Below are positions 28,369 to 40,394 of a stretch of DNA of 64,000 bases, piece by piece. This stretch comes from Octopus vulgaris. Lineage: Eukaryota. The notes under the pieces were generated by a model. It made no database searches. It was not told where the DNA came from and saw only the letters and a list, made by a program, of their open reading frames with translations. How positions within the stretch are numbered: position 1 is the first letter of the stretch; every line of letters starts with the position of its first letter. The stretch is taken from NCBI GenBank assembly GCA_951406725.2, contig OX597817.1:121892001-121956000 (forward strand), read 5' to 3'. Made by a program: the position numbers and the translations under genes.

Positions 28369-29879
28369 TGGGCCCTGTAAATGACTGGTATTTTGAGACA
28401 TCGAATTGCCGAACGGATGAAATGCAAGCTAGATATTGACAGATTTGAACTCAAGGGAGAAAGCATGCTATTCGCGATTCGAATGGCTATGCCAGTTCGC
28501 TATTTTCTAGATTACTATGTAATTTGAACTCATGTAAGAAACTAAATTCTCATAGGTTTTGTATCGGTTCTAATTCCTCAATCACACTTATAATTTATGT
28601 GATATGCCGAAAGCGAAGAAACTGTTGTATTATATTGAAGGAGTGTACAACTTAAAGTAATAAAGATATATACATATTTTTCCCTTCATCTCTCTGAAAG
28701 ATTATACAAGATTTGAAACTGCACATGATATTAATATCATGCCACATACTTATGAGCTTAAGTAGATCTAGTAAGAAAGATATTTTACAAAACATTATGG
28801 ATGATCTAATTTCCGTTACTGGTGCTTATGCTTAATATCATTTCACGTTGAATTTTTGCAATTCATTTAATAAATTTGAGTTAGTAATAAATATTTATTG
28901 CTTTTATTAAGTGATTTTTCCGAAAGTATAGTGTTTAAGATAGGAATGTATAAAATCTTTAAAATATTTATTATGATATTAATATATCCTTCGGGTGCAA
29001 TGTGTTTTCTCTTTTCAGGATAAAATATAGAACTTGTGAATATATACTTCAAATAAAGGAAAGTAAATACCATTGACGACAGCTTTAATACCTCGGAACA
29101 GCAAACTGAATCCACATCGATTGATTCTTCTCAGTCATTTGACAGATAACAAATAACAACCAAATACCGCTCAGTTCAGAGGCTGCACAGATATAGAACA
29201 CATTGAACAATATATTTTGGTTGCAGGTCTAGTTGTTCAACACCAAATTACATGGTAATATGAAGGACAGCATCTCAAACTTAAAGCTAAATATACCCGT
29301 GAAACTGTGAAACAGCACGATATAAAATGCAAGATTAAATGTATGTAATGTAGGGTAAGACAATTACTAAAAAAATAAAGATACAATAGTCATAGCATGA
29401 AAATTTCTGACAACTGGTATGCTTAATGATGAAAGCAGACTTGCATCAAGCTGCAACATCAGGTGGAGAAATTTTACAATATGAATAATTAAGGTTATTT
29501 TTATATACATTGCTGATTGATTTAAGAATGGTTGTGACACCTGTACCTGATATAATCTATAATCAACAGTAGGTCGCCATCACTAATGATCACTCCAAAC
29601 ACCATAATGTTGACTAGATGTTTCATTTATTCATTCTTGGTGCATATTCTCAGATTGCACTGCCCTTAGATTGATACCCAAACACTCTGGAGTGTTCATA
29701 TTGGAGCCTCCGCCTCGACTGCCAGGAAGTGCAGTATGTAATGGTGCTGTTTTCTCACAGACGGTGCCCAACTTACCCGACCATACTGTGTAGTCGACAA
29801 AAGTATAATCAAACAATGCGCATGCGAGAAAAAATAATAAATATAAAATGGCAACGATTTACCCATCTTACCCTCTGTC

Positions 29880-30370
29880 TGTGTGTATATATATATATAA
29901 ATTAGACGTACCTTTGAATACAACTGTACGCATATGGGTATATGCACGTGTGTGTGTGCGTGCATATATATATGTGTACTCGTGCGTGTGTGTGCGTGAG
30001 TATGTATATATGTACATGTGTATGGTTGCATATATATGTGGACGTACATGCATGTATTCCACGCGAGTGTGAGTGAGCATATAGCATGCGCGTATTTTAG
30101 ACGTGTATTTTAATATAACTGTACGCGTGTGGGTATCTGCACGTGTTTGTGCGTGTGTGTGCGCGCGTGTAAGTGTGGATATGTATACGTGTACATGCAT
30201 GGTTACATATATATGTGTATTTTTGGCATATGTGTGGGTGCGCATGTGTGTGGGTACGCATGTGTGTGTTCCGTGCGAGTGTGAGTGACCATACGCATAT
30301 AGGCACATGTACGCGGGTGTGCGTGCGCGCATGTGTATGTATGCATGTACATGCGCGCATACACGTTTGC
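29880..30370. repeat. Degenerate alternating purine-pyrimidine tract (TG/TA/CG mix)
   Basis: ~490 bp of largely RY-alternating sequence. Confidence 0.85.
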
Positions 30371-30374
30371 TATG

Positions 30375-30672
30375 AGCATTTTTACTCCTTTCCTTTTTAC
30401 TTCCTCCCCTTCGGTTTTTTTCCCTTTTTTAACGGACATTGTAATAGCTCTTTTGTCTTAATAACGGTCATTTAGTAATTTTCCTGTGTTTAATGGTCTT
30501 TTCATAGTATATTTTGATTACTTCGATAACTGAAGAGATGCAGGTTTCTGCCCCGACATCCAAAACTCGGAATTTTATTATGGCAACCGAATAATTGTCA
30601 CATATTATATTACTGATGAATTCCTCTATTTATATAATATCGAAGTCTCTTTCATTCCTATGTTGTCTTACC
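30375..30672 (+). mobile_element. Probable PLE 3' end with decayed HHR (30526-30579)
   Basis: ATAA-CTGAAGA-GATG...CATC-cAAA-actcggaatt-TTAT; ends at the (TA)n shared with the next element. Confidence 0.5.
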
Positions 30673-30690
30673 ATATATATATATATATAT

Positions 30691-31703
30691 ATTGTTATAT
30701 TTCGGAATGGTCATTTTGCCAGTTTAGCCAATAAAAACACACGCACTATATATTTGGTGTTACTTTGCTTCAGTGTTATTTATTTTTTACATTAATCTTA
30801 ATCTTATTTCGGCCAGAGTTCTTTCGTCACCCTCCTGTGACCGCATCAGTGGTCCTTTGTTTTCTTCTTTCTTATTTGTGTCTCTCCTTACTAACAGTTA
30901 GCCATTTTGTATTTCTATTGTATGTCTTCATTTGCGCATGCTTATATCTCTATGTGCGTCTATGTTTATTTAGTGTGTGTATATGGGGGGATGCCTGTAA
31001 TATTTGTATCTTCTGTTTATATACGTTCATGTAATTTGTTTTTGTTGTTGTTTTTGCTTATTCTTATTTTGTTCATGTGTTTACATCCACTTATTATTAT
31101 CATTACATATGCTTGTATGTATATATGTATAACAACAATACTAGTAATAATAATAATAAATCGAAAAAAAATAATAAATCGGAAAAAAAAATATATATAG
31201 TTATTTATTTCTATTTGTTTATTTATCTGTGTATTTATTATGTTTTCGGGATCCTCTATCGTCATATGTTGTGGTGTGTGCTTGTGTTCCATTCTAGTTT
31301 TCTATTCAGGCTAGGTTTATTTTCTATTATGTGTGTAGCTTCTGTAATTTGTCTGATTGTTGCATCTGTTCTATGTGTGGACAATATTTTAATTTCTATG
31401 TTGTTGATTGATCACCCGTGTTCCTATTCGGCGTGTTGGTACAGAATCGATGAGCTTTTACCTTCCTTGAGTTGTCTCCAATGTTCATTTACCGCGGTCA
31501 CAGGAGTGTGACGAAAGAACTCTGGCCGAAATAAGATTAAGATTAATGTAAAAAATAGATAACACTGAAGCAAAGTAATACCAAATATATAGTGCGTGTG
31601 ATTTTATTGACTGAACTGGCAAAATGACCATTCCGAAATATAACAATATCTGTTTCAACACACGACTTCACGGAAAAAATCTTGCACAACAAATATTTAA
31701 ACG
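30691..31703 (-). mobile_element. Penelope-like element: GIY-YIG C-terminus, 3' region and inverted terminal copy
   Basis: Minus frame 31495->31262 reads VNEHWRQLKEGKSSSILYQHAE*EHG*SINNIEIKILSTHRTDATIRQITEATHIIENKPSLNRKLEW; ~155-bp inverted repeat (30691-30844 / 31494-31647), ~55-nt tail, (TA)n flanks. Confidence 0.85.
30811..30855 (-). ncRNA. Minimal hammerhead-like motif with CTGATGC core
   Basis: GGaCCA-CTGATGC-G-GTCAC-aggagg-GTGAC-GAAA-gaac-TC-TGGCC. Confidence 0.55.
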
Positions 31704-31704
31704 T

Positions 31705-31744
<40 letters not shown>

Positions 31745-33191
31745 GCATGTATAATACAAAATAAGAAAATGGAGGTAAAGCATTTTACCTTCGCCCATAT
31801 AATACAATAAATGAATTAATTGCATTGCAATTCTTAGCATTTATGTATTAGCCTTTCTGGATACTTTACTGGCAGAATATTGGATAAATGATATCCCATA
31901 GTGGGTTACACTCATAACTCCTATCTCACTTTGTACTTATATGCATGTATATATATTCTATAAAATAGTCTTAAAAAAGACTGGTATTTTTACAGAAATA
32001 CCATTGCATTGCAAGATGTGATGACGTAAACTGTTTTGCATTATTTGTCATACTATCTAAAAAAACAAAACAAAAAAGAAATATGAATTCAAAAAAATTG
32101 GTTAAAATAAATGCATTCTCAAAACATTACATTTTTGGGAATAAGAGCAGTCGCTAATAGTTATACAATATATAGGAAGTAAATGTGAATTTTAAGTTCA
32201 GCAACTGATAGTTTTTCAGGGTCGCATGAATATATTTATGCTGCACGAAAAACCCGACACGCCAAACAAAACTACGACGCAGTATTCTGTTCCTACTAGA
32301 GTCGTACACTTCAGTGTGTCCCTTACAAAGTTGGCAAAATCAGTATCACACAAAGTGTTGGTGTTGATAATATGTCTAAAGTCCATTAAGATGCTGTTTC
32401 AAAATGGTTGCAGTACATAGACTGATGGAGAAATAGCTTTAGAAGAGACAAATAGAGAAAGACACGTTCGAATACCCACATACACAAACATACATAGACA
32501 CAGACACAAACATAGGTATGCACGCACAAGCACTCACAGCTATACATTACTAAAATTAATTGAAGGAGAATTTGGAAAATATTCAGCTCTTTTTAACTAT
32601 GAACATAATCACTTCTCTAATAACAAGCATGGCTTGGCATTGAATTAACTAAAGTAAACATGCGGAAAATGGGGGTTTAGAATTATTGGTGTCTTTTCAA
32701 AATGGTAATTAATTGCCATAGTCATCGCTCAGAAGATAAGATCAAACCACATTGATTATTAATTTCTTACCAATTAAATTTATGTTTGGGCTTAAAACAA
32801 GGTTTTCATATACTGTCAGTTTGTATGAAGCTCATTATCTCCCATGCCCAGGTCATGGTTAAAAATATTTCTCCTTTTTATGCGAAATGGTTAAAAAGTA
32901 CATAGTTAATGGAAATATATTTTAAAACTTGAAGGATATCATGATTAAAATTTTGCTTTATTAGCCCTTGTTTAAGATAACTGATTTTTTTCCCTTTTAT
33001 ATTTAATAACTAAGCGTTCATAATTACTGAATACGAAAATAATTAAAGATGGTGTACATTTGGCCTGACCAGCACTGTGGAAATGAGTAAACTTGATATA
33101 GTATAAAACATGAGGCATAATATTCTACATCGTTGCAGTATATTATGTATCAATTCCATTCCAGACTCTATCTCCCTGTGAATATATTTCA

Positions 33192-33255
<64 letters not shown>

Positions 33256-33261
<6 letters not shown>

Positions 33262-33423
33262 AGGTTCTACAGGACTAGAACTGTTTCATTCAAAAGGATG
33301 ATTTCTTTTGAATGAAACAGTTCTAGTCCTGTAGAAGCTCCTTCTATAAAATAAATGATTTACTCTGCTATGTATTGAGTACCTTATTTACTGTGGTTAA
33401 CCCCGACTCAACCCGGGACCTAC
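33256..33423 (+). mobile_element. Short fold-back insertion in (TA)n/(GA)n, probable PLE 3' end
   Basis: 41-bp arms (33256-33296 / 33305-33345), 8-nt spacer, ~78-nt tail; contains GAAACAGTTCTAGTC. Confidence 0.7.
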
Positions 33424-33639
33424 ATATATATATATAACATAATATAATATAATATAATATAATATAATATAACATAATATAATATATATAATAATAAAAT
33501 ATTAAAAAAATTTTTTAAATAGCTGAACAGAAATAGTAAGGAAAGGTAAGAACGTCATTTCAAAGTGCTATCATAATCCATGGAATAACATCTTATTAAT
33601 TCAACTTACTTCCCCACATGTTAGTTTCCTAACATTTGG

Positions 33640-33770
33640 TCTCTCTGATGATGCTTTGTTCAACCCCTGTCCAATGTTTATACAACCTTTGTAAAATCCC
33701 TGTATATCACTAGCGTGATGTGGAAAACATGGGAGATTGGGAAATCCCATGGTAGAAACAGTTGTAATAG
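33640..33770 (+). ncRNA. Hammerhead-like motif with ~100-nt stem II insert, inside a probable PLE relic (~33540-34090)
   Basis: ctct-CTGATGA-tgc...gta-GAAACAGTTGTA-atag; internal hairpin catggga...tcccatg. Confidence 0.5.
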
Positions 33771-34127
33771 TTTACTATTTGTACACTCATTTATAATTAT
33801 TCGTTTATTTACCTATTTAATTACTTATATATTTGCATATTTCATTCGTTTATTTGGATCGCTTATACATATGATTGTAATCAATTAATAAATAGATATA
33901 ATTGAATCGTTAGAAGCTGATGTTTGCTGATTGCATAACCTCTCCATTTTCTTATTTGCCTTATAAATCCTGGGTAAATTTCTGCTTTACCCCCCCACCC
34001 ATACCTAGTATCCAATTGCGATATTGCCCTACAATAGTAAGCACTTGAATATAGATTCGTAGATATACACCCAGTAGTATATTGGATATTTACTATCCCT
34101 TAAATGGTTGCTTAAACTCTAACTCAT

Positions 34128-34197
<70 letters not shown>

Positions 34198-34199
34198 GT

Positions 34200-34480
34200 A
34201 AAAAGGAGGCATTGAGAAACTTTTCTTCTGAAGCATAACCTCAGAGGAGTTTGTGGAAGACATCAGTCTCCCCTCTCGCGCCACCGATGTTGTCCGAAAG
34301 AAAGGCAACAACCGATAAAGTGTGGCATTGGTGACGTTGCAACTCATCTCTACAGCAGAGTGAACTGAAGCAACGTGAAAAAAAGTGTCATGTTCAAGAA
34401 CACAATACGCTGCCCAATCCAGGAATCGATCTCATAACCTCCCGATCGTGAGTCCGATACGCTGAAGCATACACCTTCAT
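34200..34480 (-). mobile_element. tRNA-derived SINE, family D
   Basis: Minus-strand head cggactcacgatcgggagg...tcgattcctgg; body shared with 23945-24135 and 22610-22700. Confidence 0.7.
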
Positions 34481-34937
34481 ACATGAATGTAAAACCGTGG
34501 AACAATATGCAGATTTTGACCCACATACTACAAACAAATAGAGTATTAAAATGGGATTTCTTTCTGCTTTCATTAAAGTAAGAATTACAACAAACGTTTC
34601 TCTTTCATTTGTTCATTCGAAACAATTCATCATTCTCCATGGTTCTATGAAGAAGTAACTACCTGCGTTTCTCACCATTGAAGTACCATGATGAAACTGA
34701 ACGTATGAAAGGATAGTATATCCACGAAGCTTATTATGATTAAGCTGAGTCTGGGAAGAAATTAAAGGGTCTTCAATTCAAATGACAAATCGATTAGCTT
34801 CAGTGCAATCCGGAAATGAAACAATTATAGATGCAAATTTTCCAGACATAACTGTGAATCTAGAATATAGAAAATGAATGTTTTGCCGGTAGCATTTGTT
34901 AACAGCGTTTTATAGAATTTTATAGAATATAGTTTAT

Positions 34938-35326
34938 GGATGGAAGTACTCCGTCGGTTACGACGATAAGGGTTCCGGTTGATCCGACCAACGGAACAGC
35001 CTGCTCGTGAAATTAACGTGTAAGTGGCTGAGCACTCCACAGACACGTGTACCCTTAACGTAGTTCTCGGGGATATTCAGCGTGACACAGAGAGAGTGAC
35101 AAGGCCGGCCTTTTGAAATACAGGTACAACAGAAACAGGAAGAAAGAGTGAGAGAAAGCTGTGGTGAAAGAGTACAGCAGGGATCACCACCATGCCCTGC
35201 CGGAGCCTCGTGGAGCCTTAGGTGTTTTCGCTCAATAAACACTCACAACGCCCGGTCTGGGAATCGAAACCGTGATCCTATGACCGCGAGTCCGCTGCCC
35301 TAACCACTGGGCCATTGAACCTCCAC
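34938..35326 (-). mobile_element. Full-length tRNA(Arg)-like SINE, family C, with 12-bp target-site duplication
   Basis: A/B-box head (tggcccagtggttagg...gtttcgattccc), anticodon-like gactcgcggtc; TSD aatatagtttat at 34926-34937 and 35327-35338. Confidence 0.9.
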
Positions 35327-35939
35327 AATATAGTTTATAAGCTTATGGAGATATGGTTGCTCTTCTATTAGGTTTAGCTACATTGTAGTGGTCTCCCTAG
35401 CTTGTTCATATATATAAGTTTAAAATAACCGTCTAAGGGATAGTGTCCATTACACTACCGGTATATTACCTATGTTTAACCATGGGCCCCTTGCAACATA
35501 CATCATCTTCCTATTCATTTATTTGTTTATCTTTCCCCATATAATGGTCTCAATAGCTGATCTCATTTCAGACAACAGGTGAAAGGGTTTAACCACCTAC
35601 TAATAAATAAACAAGATTTACATTTTACCGATTAGCACTTTATTACGATTAATACTATTAATTAGTACTACAAACATAATAATAAATTATTATGATTAAT
35701 CTAAAACCTTATTGTAGCTTCACCCCTTCACCGACTAAAATCTATTGGCGTTTCACACTATTATTTTTTTTATTTATCTATCCTATCCACCCCACTTTAC
35801 AATGTATTAATCCACCAATTGCTATTTTAAGTTTAGTCATTTACTTAACGTCCCAAAGAAATACACAAGCACAATGGTATGATTACAACCATATCCAACT
35901 TTCCCTTTTTTCTTCTCTATGGACTTTTCTTCATTTATT

Positions 35940-36055
35940 CATCACTCTGATGAAACTCCATATTTCAGATCGGTTTTATTGCCAAATATGATAAATATTT
36001 TAGCATATCAATGGCAATACCATACAACATTGATAGTAAAAACAGCTGTTTGATG
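35940..36055 (+). ncRNA. Decayed hammerhead-like motif with extended stem II
   Basis: CATCAct-CTGATGA-aact...agta-aAAACAGCTGT-t-TGATG; internal helix tattgcca/tggcaata; G12 position reads A. Confidence 0.5.
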
Positions 36056-36284
36056 GCATTCAGTCTACTTGCATTGAATTAATAAATAATAATTGATGTA
36101 AGTCAATTGTTGTTCATCAATATTTCTCCATTTATTTTCTGTTTTCTTTATATGTATTCTTGTAAGGTAAAACTAACAAGCATTAATTAAGATCATCAAT
36201 AAACTCTTTGATAGGTGGTTTCTGATTCGTTGTTTCTGTTATTGAATGTGCACGTAATCATAACAAGCATGCCATATAACCATC

Positions 36285-36533
36285 ATTGATGAATTGAAAA
36301 CGATCTTCATAAAAGCTTGAAATGACATCCCCCAAGTTACACATCAAAATGCCACATGGGCTTGGATTTATCGATTAAAACGCTGTCACGAAGTGCACGG
36401 AAGACGTTTTGAGCATTTGTGAATGTTAATATGATACCACGCTTTGTGGTGCTTATTGTTTACCTGAAACAGAACTTGTGAAAATATAAATCGGCATCTC
36501 ACGAACTTAACGCTTTTCTAGCGACCACTCTGT
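36285..36533 (+). mobile_element. 3' fragment of a Tc1/mariner-type element
   Basis: RLKRCHEVHGRRFEHL* resembles the G.HFEHL C-terminus of these transposases; TIR-like end gaccactctg. Confidence 0.55.
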
Positions 36534-36557
36534 TTATATATATACATATATATATAA

Positions 36558-36924
36558 TAAAAGTGTAAAATTAATTAATTATTAATTAATAATTTTACCA
36601 AGTAGTGTTCAGTATGTAAAAAGACCATTTACGGTATATTTAAAACATTACGTTATATAATTAGGGTTCAGTAAAAACATTTACTTTACCACACACCGAA
36701 CTTTTAGAAATAGCAGCCAAAAAATTTAGCTATTTCCTCTACTATAAGAAGAGTCTCCCAGACAATGTATACTCTATCCCTACGTGAATTGTTTTTGAGT
36801 ATACATTGTCTGGGAGACTCTTCTTATAGTAGAGGAAATAGCTAAATTTTTTGGCTGCTATTTCGAAAAGTTCGGTGTGTGGTAAAGTAAATTTTCTTAC
36901 TGAACCCTAATTATATAACGTAAT

Positions 36925-36928
<4 letters not shown>
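36558..36928 (-). mobile_element. Fold-back insertion in (TA)n, probable PLE 3' end
   Basis: 132-bp arms (36643-36774 / 36797-36928), 22-nt spacer, ~85-nt tail on the left, (TA)n on both sides. Confidence 0.75.
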
Positions 36929-36959
<31 letters not shown>

Positions 36960-37934
36960 TATTACTGTAGGGAATAATTTGAAAGAGATGGGTGCTATTT
37001 CTAGCAGGTTGAGATATCACCTCAGATTTACTTCGGTCTATTTACAATCAGTTTTATTATCTGGAATATATTCATAATATCAATCCAAAAGTAGAATAAA
37101 TGTATGCAAACCTATCTCCATAGCTAAGTATAATTGAAATAGAAATATATGTTTAGATACATACAATGTCTAATGCCAGTTATTTCCTTACAATACAAAA
37201 ACCATCGATTGGAAATGCAAAATTAGCGAAAAATAATTGAGTCTAAAATTTAAGTATAAACAAGCGTGAAGTTCGTATATTTTGAAATATTGTATGTGTA
37301 AACATTAATACGAGTTTATTTATTAACCATTTTCACCATAACATGATAATTCAGAAAGGATTATGGCAAAATCTAAATATCCGGTATTGCGTTTTTCCAT
37401 TTTAGTAAATTGCCATGGCTTTGAAAAGATAGCCAAACATAAAATCCCTACTATGCGGAGATTAAACAACCAGAAATTAAATTATTCACTCTGAATGCAT
37501 TTTATTGATGAATATCATTGCTTTTGAGAAGCGATACTTGTGTTTTCTTTTTGAATTCTGCTGTTTTCTCAAAGGAGTGGTTTTAATTGAAAAGTATCAG
37601 CAGCCTGCTGTTAGATTTGCGATCTAACAATGACAAGAGGTGCATTAGTGCCAAGTGAATAACCAATACACATGATAAATGACTAATAATGAACATGTCC
37701 CCCCACCTCAATGTTCCTTTAAAAAATGCCATTTATAGCAGTATGAATATAAAACAAAAACTATATAAGCTCATGACAGTTCATTCACATCATTAAAATA
37801 AAATAAAAATGTTTAAAAATATCTGCTAAAATTTAAGTTGATCTGTTGTCATTTAGTAATTTACATTCTTCAGTGCTGCAAGCCGTTATTTTGCGAAACA
37901 CAATGGAAGTATTTGTTCAATATTTAAGAGTCGT

Positions 37935-38405
37935 AGGCGGTGAGCTGGCAGGATGCTTAGCACATCAGGCAAAATGTTTAGTCCATCCTTACGTTTGGAG
38001 TTTAAACTCTGTCGAGGTCGAATTTGCCGTTTATCCCCTCGGATTCGATAACAAAAACGTACCTGTTGAGCACAGGGATCGATATTATCGACTTAAATTA
38101 ATTTCTTCCCTCGAAATTGCTGACCTTGTGTCAAAATTAAAAATCAATAGAAGATAGACGTATATTGATGATGATAATGATGATCCTTTCTACAATAGGT
38201 ACAAAGCCTGAAATTCTGAAGGAGGGTTATAATCGATTACATCGAGTCCAGTAAATGACTGGGACTTAGGGACTTATTTTATTGACCCAGAAAGGATGAA
38301 TGGCAAACTCGACCTCGACAGAATTTGGACTCAGAACGTACAGACGCACGAAATACCGCTAAGCATTTTGCCCGCCGTGCAAACGATTCTGTCAATTCGT
38401 CACCT
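37935..38405. mobile_element. Two family A SINEs tail-to-tail (+ 37935-38150, - 38190-38405)
   Basis: ggcggtgagctggcagga head on +; gattctgtcaattcgtcacc head on -. Confidence 0.75.
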
Positions 38406-40309
38406 TAATAAAAAAAATAATAACACAATAGATATATGATATTACGATGCATCATGCAAAATTAGACCATGCCATATATCACACACCAAGAGGTAAAACT
38501 GACCATTTCTTAAATTAAATGTTTCATTCACAGCATTAGATATTAATCCCCAGTATTAGATTCTGTACATTTTATACCACTATAAGTAAGGAGGTTGGTT
38601 TCCTCTTACAGCAGAACCGAATATATGTTTAGAATCACCTTTGTTGTAATATCACAGTACCCAAGTGCAGTTTAGATGATATATATTGTCTAGTTCTAAA
38701 TTATATTTTAGTGACATTCCAGCTGTGACTTGTTTTGGAAACTCAAGACTATGTAGTCTAACAATTCTATTTCCTTACTGAAGATTGTGTGGAGTTATTT
38801 GAGGATGATTCAGTTACATAGTTTTCGTATATGTGCAATCACATAGCACACTCGTTGCTTAGCTTGTTGCAGCGTAAATATCGTGCGCTCTCGCATTTCC
38901 TTTCATAAATGTGTCCTTTTATATCTCACAGAGCCGAATAGTGTTTACTTAGAATGAGTCTTTGATATTATTCTATAATTTTATATATTTTCTGTTACTT
39001 GACTCACGAAATTATCGAATAGTTACACTGAAGAATCTTTCTCTAAATACTCGGTTCAACATGACAGACCCTCTTCATAATTAAACTGATTTTTATTCTA
39101 TATACTGGCCTCAGAAACTTCCCACTTTCGAAACCACTATTAACTCCAATTTATGTTAACTTTTTGCAAACTGCATTTGTATTTATACTACACTACTAAA
39201 AATTGTATCGATACTGATAATTCAAACTTATTGACCTTTCATTTCTGAGTAATAAATAGAGTACATGTGTGTATTCTATCTCAAACAATAGTAGAAACTA
39301 TTTATTGGATGTTGCATGTGTTTAATTAGCCAAGTGCAATTAATTGACGAGAACGTTTAATCCCGTTTCAAACAACCGATTCGGAAGTGAAAATAGTTTT
39401 GGCAAATGTGCGTCACACTGATTTGATTGCTAACTTTGTGATGCTATAGATTTATTTGAGTGCAAAGTCATGTATAGCTTTATACCAATAAATCGAATAA
39501 GCTTTCTAAGGAAGCAGTATAATCTAGTAGATTGTATTTTTGTTGCAATGGTTTTAATTTGATTTGTTGCCGGTTATTGAGAGATGGGAAAGCAAAGAGA
39601 ACATGGAGGGAATTATTACATAACATTTGCTTAATAAAAGAAGAGAAACGCTGAGTTTCTCCTTTGTAAAAAGTCTGAATGTAAAATTACGATATATTTA
39701 CAGTTGTTCTGAAACATTTTGTTTACTGATTATTTGTCTCAGTTAATAAAGCTTTGCTAACATTGTTTAGAATAATGCACTAGATATTCTGTTAGTTTGT
39801 CTTCGGGGCTAACAGAAATATGCATAATAACTACAGTAATACAAACTTTTACCAAAGTTCCCATCCGGTAAAAATAATTAAAAAAAATCAACTATAATTT
39901 TGAGAGGAAATGTTTGCTCACATTTTAACGAATGAAACACTCTGTAGCCGGTTTCAGTTTATCAGGGTATTTCTAGAGTACAAATAAAAAAGTTATATAA
40001 CTGTTTATATTCGGCATAGAAATCAGTTATCAAAACCAGTACTTGTAACTAAACTATGTTCTCAAGCGGTGCAATTTTACCAAATGATTCAGAAAATCAA
40101 TAGAAATTTCTTTATAAAGTAAAATAAACATTATGAATATTCCCTAAACAAAGTGTTACATTTTTCTCAATGCCCAATCATTAGTCATTCAGATTATGTA
40201 ACGATAATTTATGCAAAAGTACTTCACACATTTTGATATTTTTGTTACTCATCTTGCCACATCGACGTGGCGTCATTAGCCTTAATCTTTTCTCTTTTTA
40301 TTGCTACAG

Positions 40310-40394
40310 TGGATGCTCTGATGAACTTCCTCTCTGAGTTTCAGACCACTTGGTGCTATCTCGCCTTACTCGAAACTCACGGCGTCTTCATCCA
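40310..40394 (+). ncRNA. Hammerhead-like motif with canonical core boxes
   Basis: TGGATGct-CTGATGA-(46 nt)-CGAAAC-tcacggc-GTC-ttCATCCA. Confidence 0.55.

Noticed and set aside
31077-31511. 144-aa hydrophobic + strand ORF
   Set aside because: It is the antisense of the GIY-YIG remnant plus low-complexity sequence.
33256-33345. Possible pre-miRNA hairpin
   Set aside because: Better explained by the shared fold-back insertion architecture; no miRNA-specific evidence.
35250-35324. Possible tRNA-Arg gene (also 3800-3871)
   Set aside because: It continues into a SINE body bounded by a TSD, and the acceptor stem does not close.
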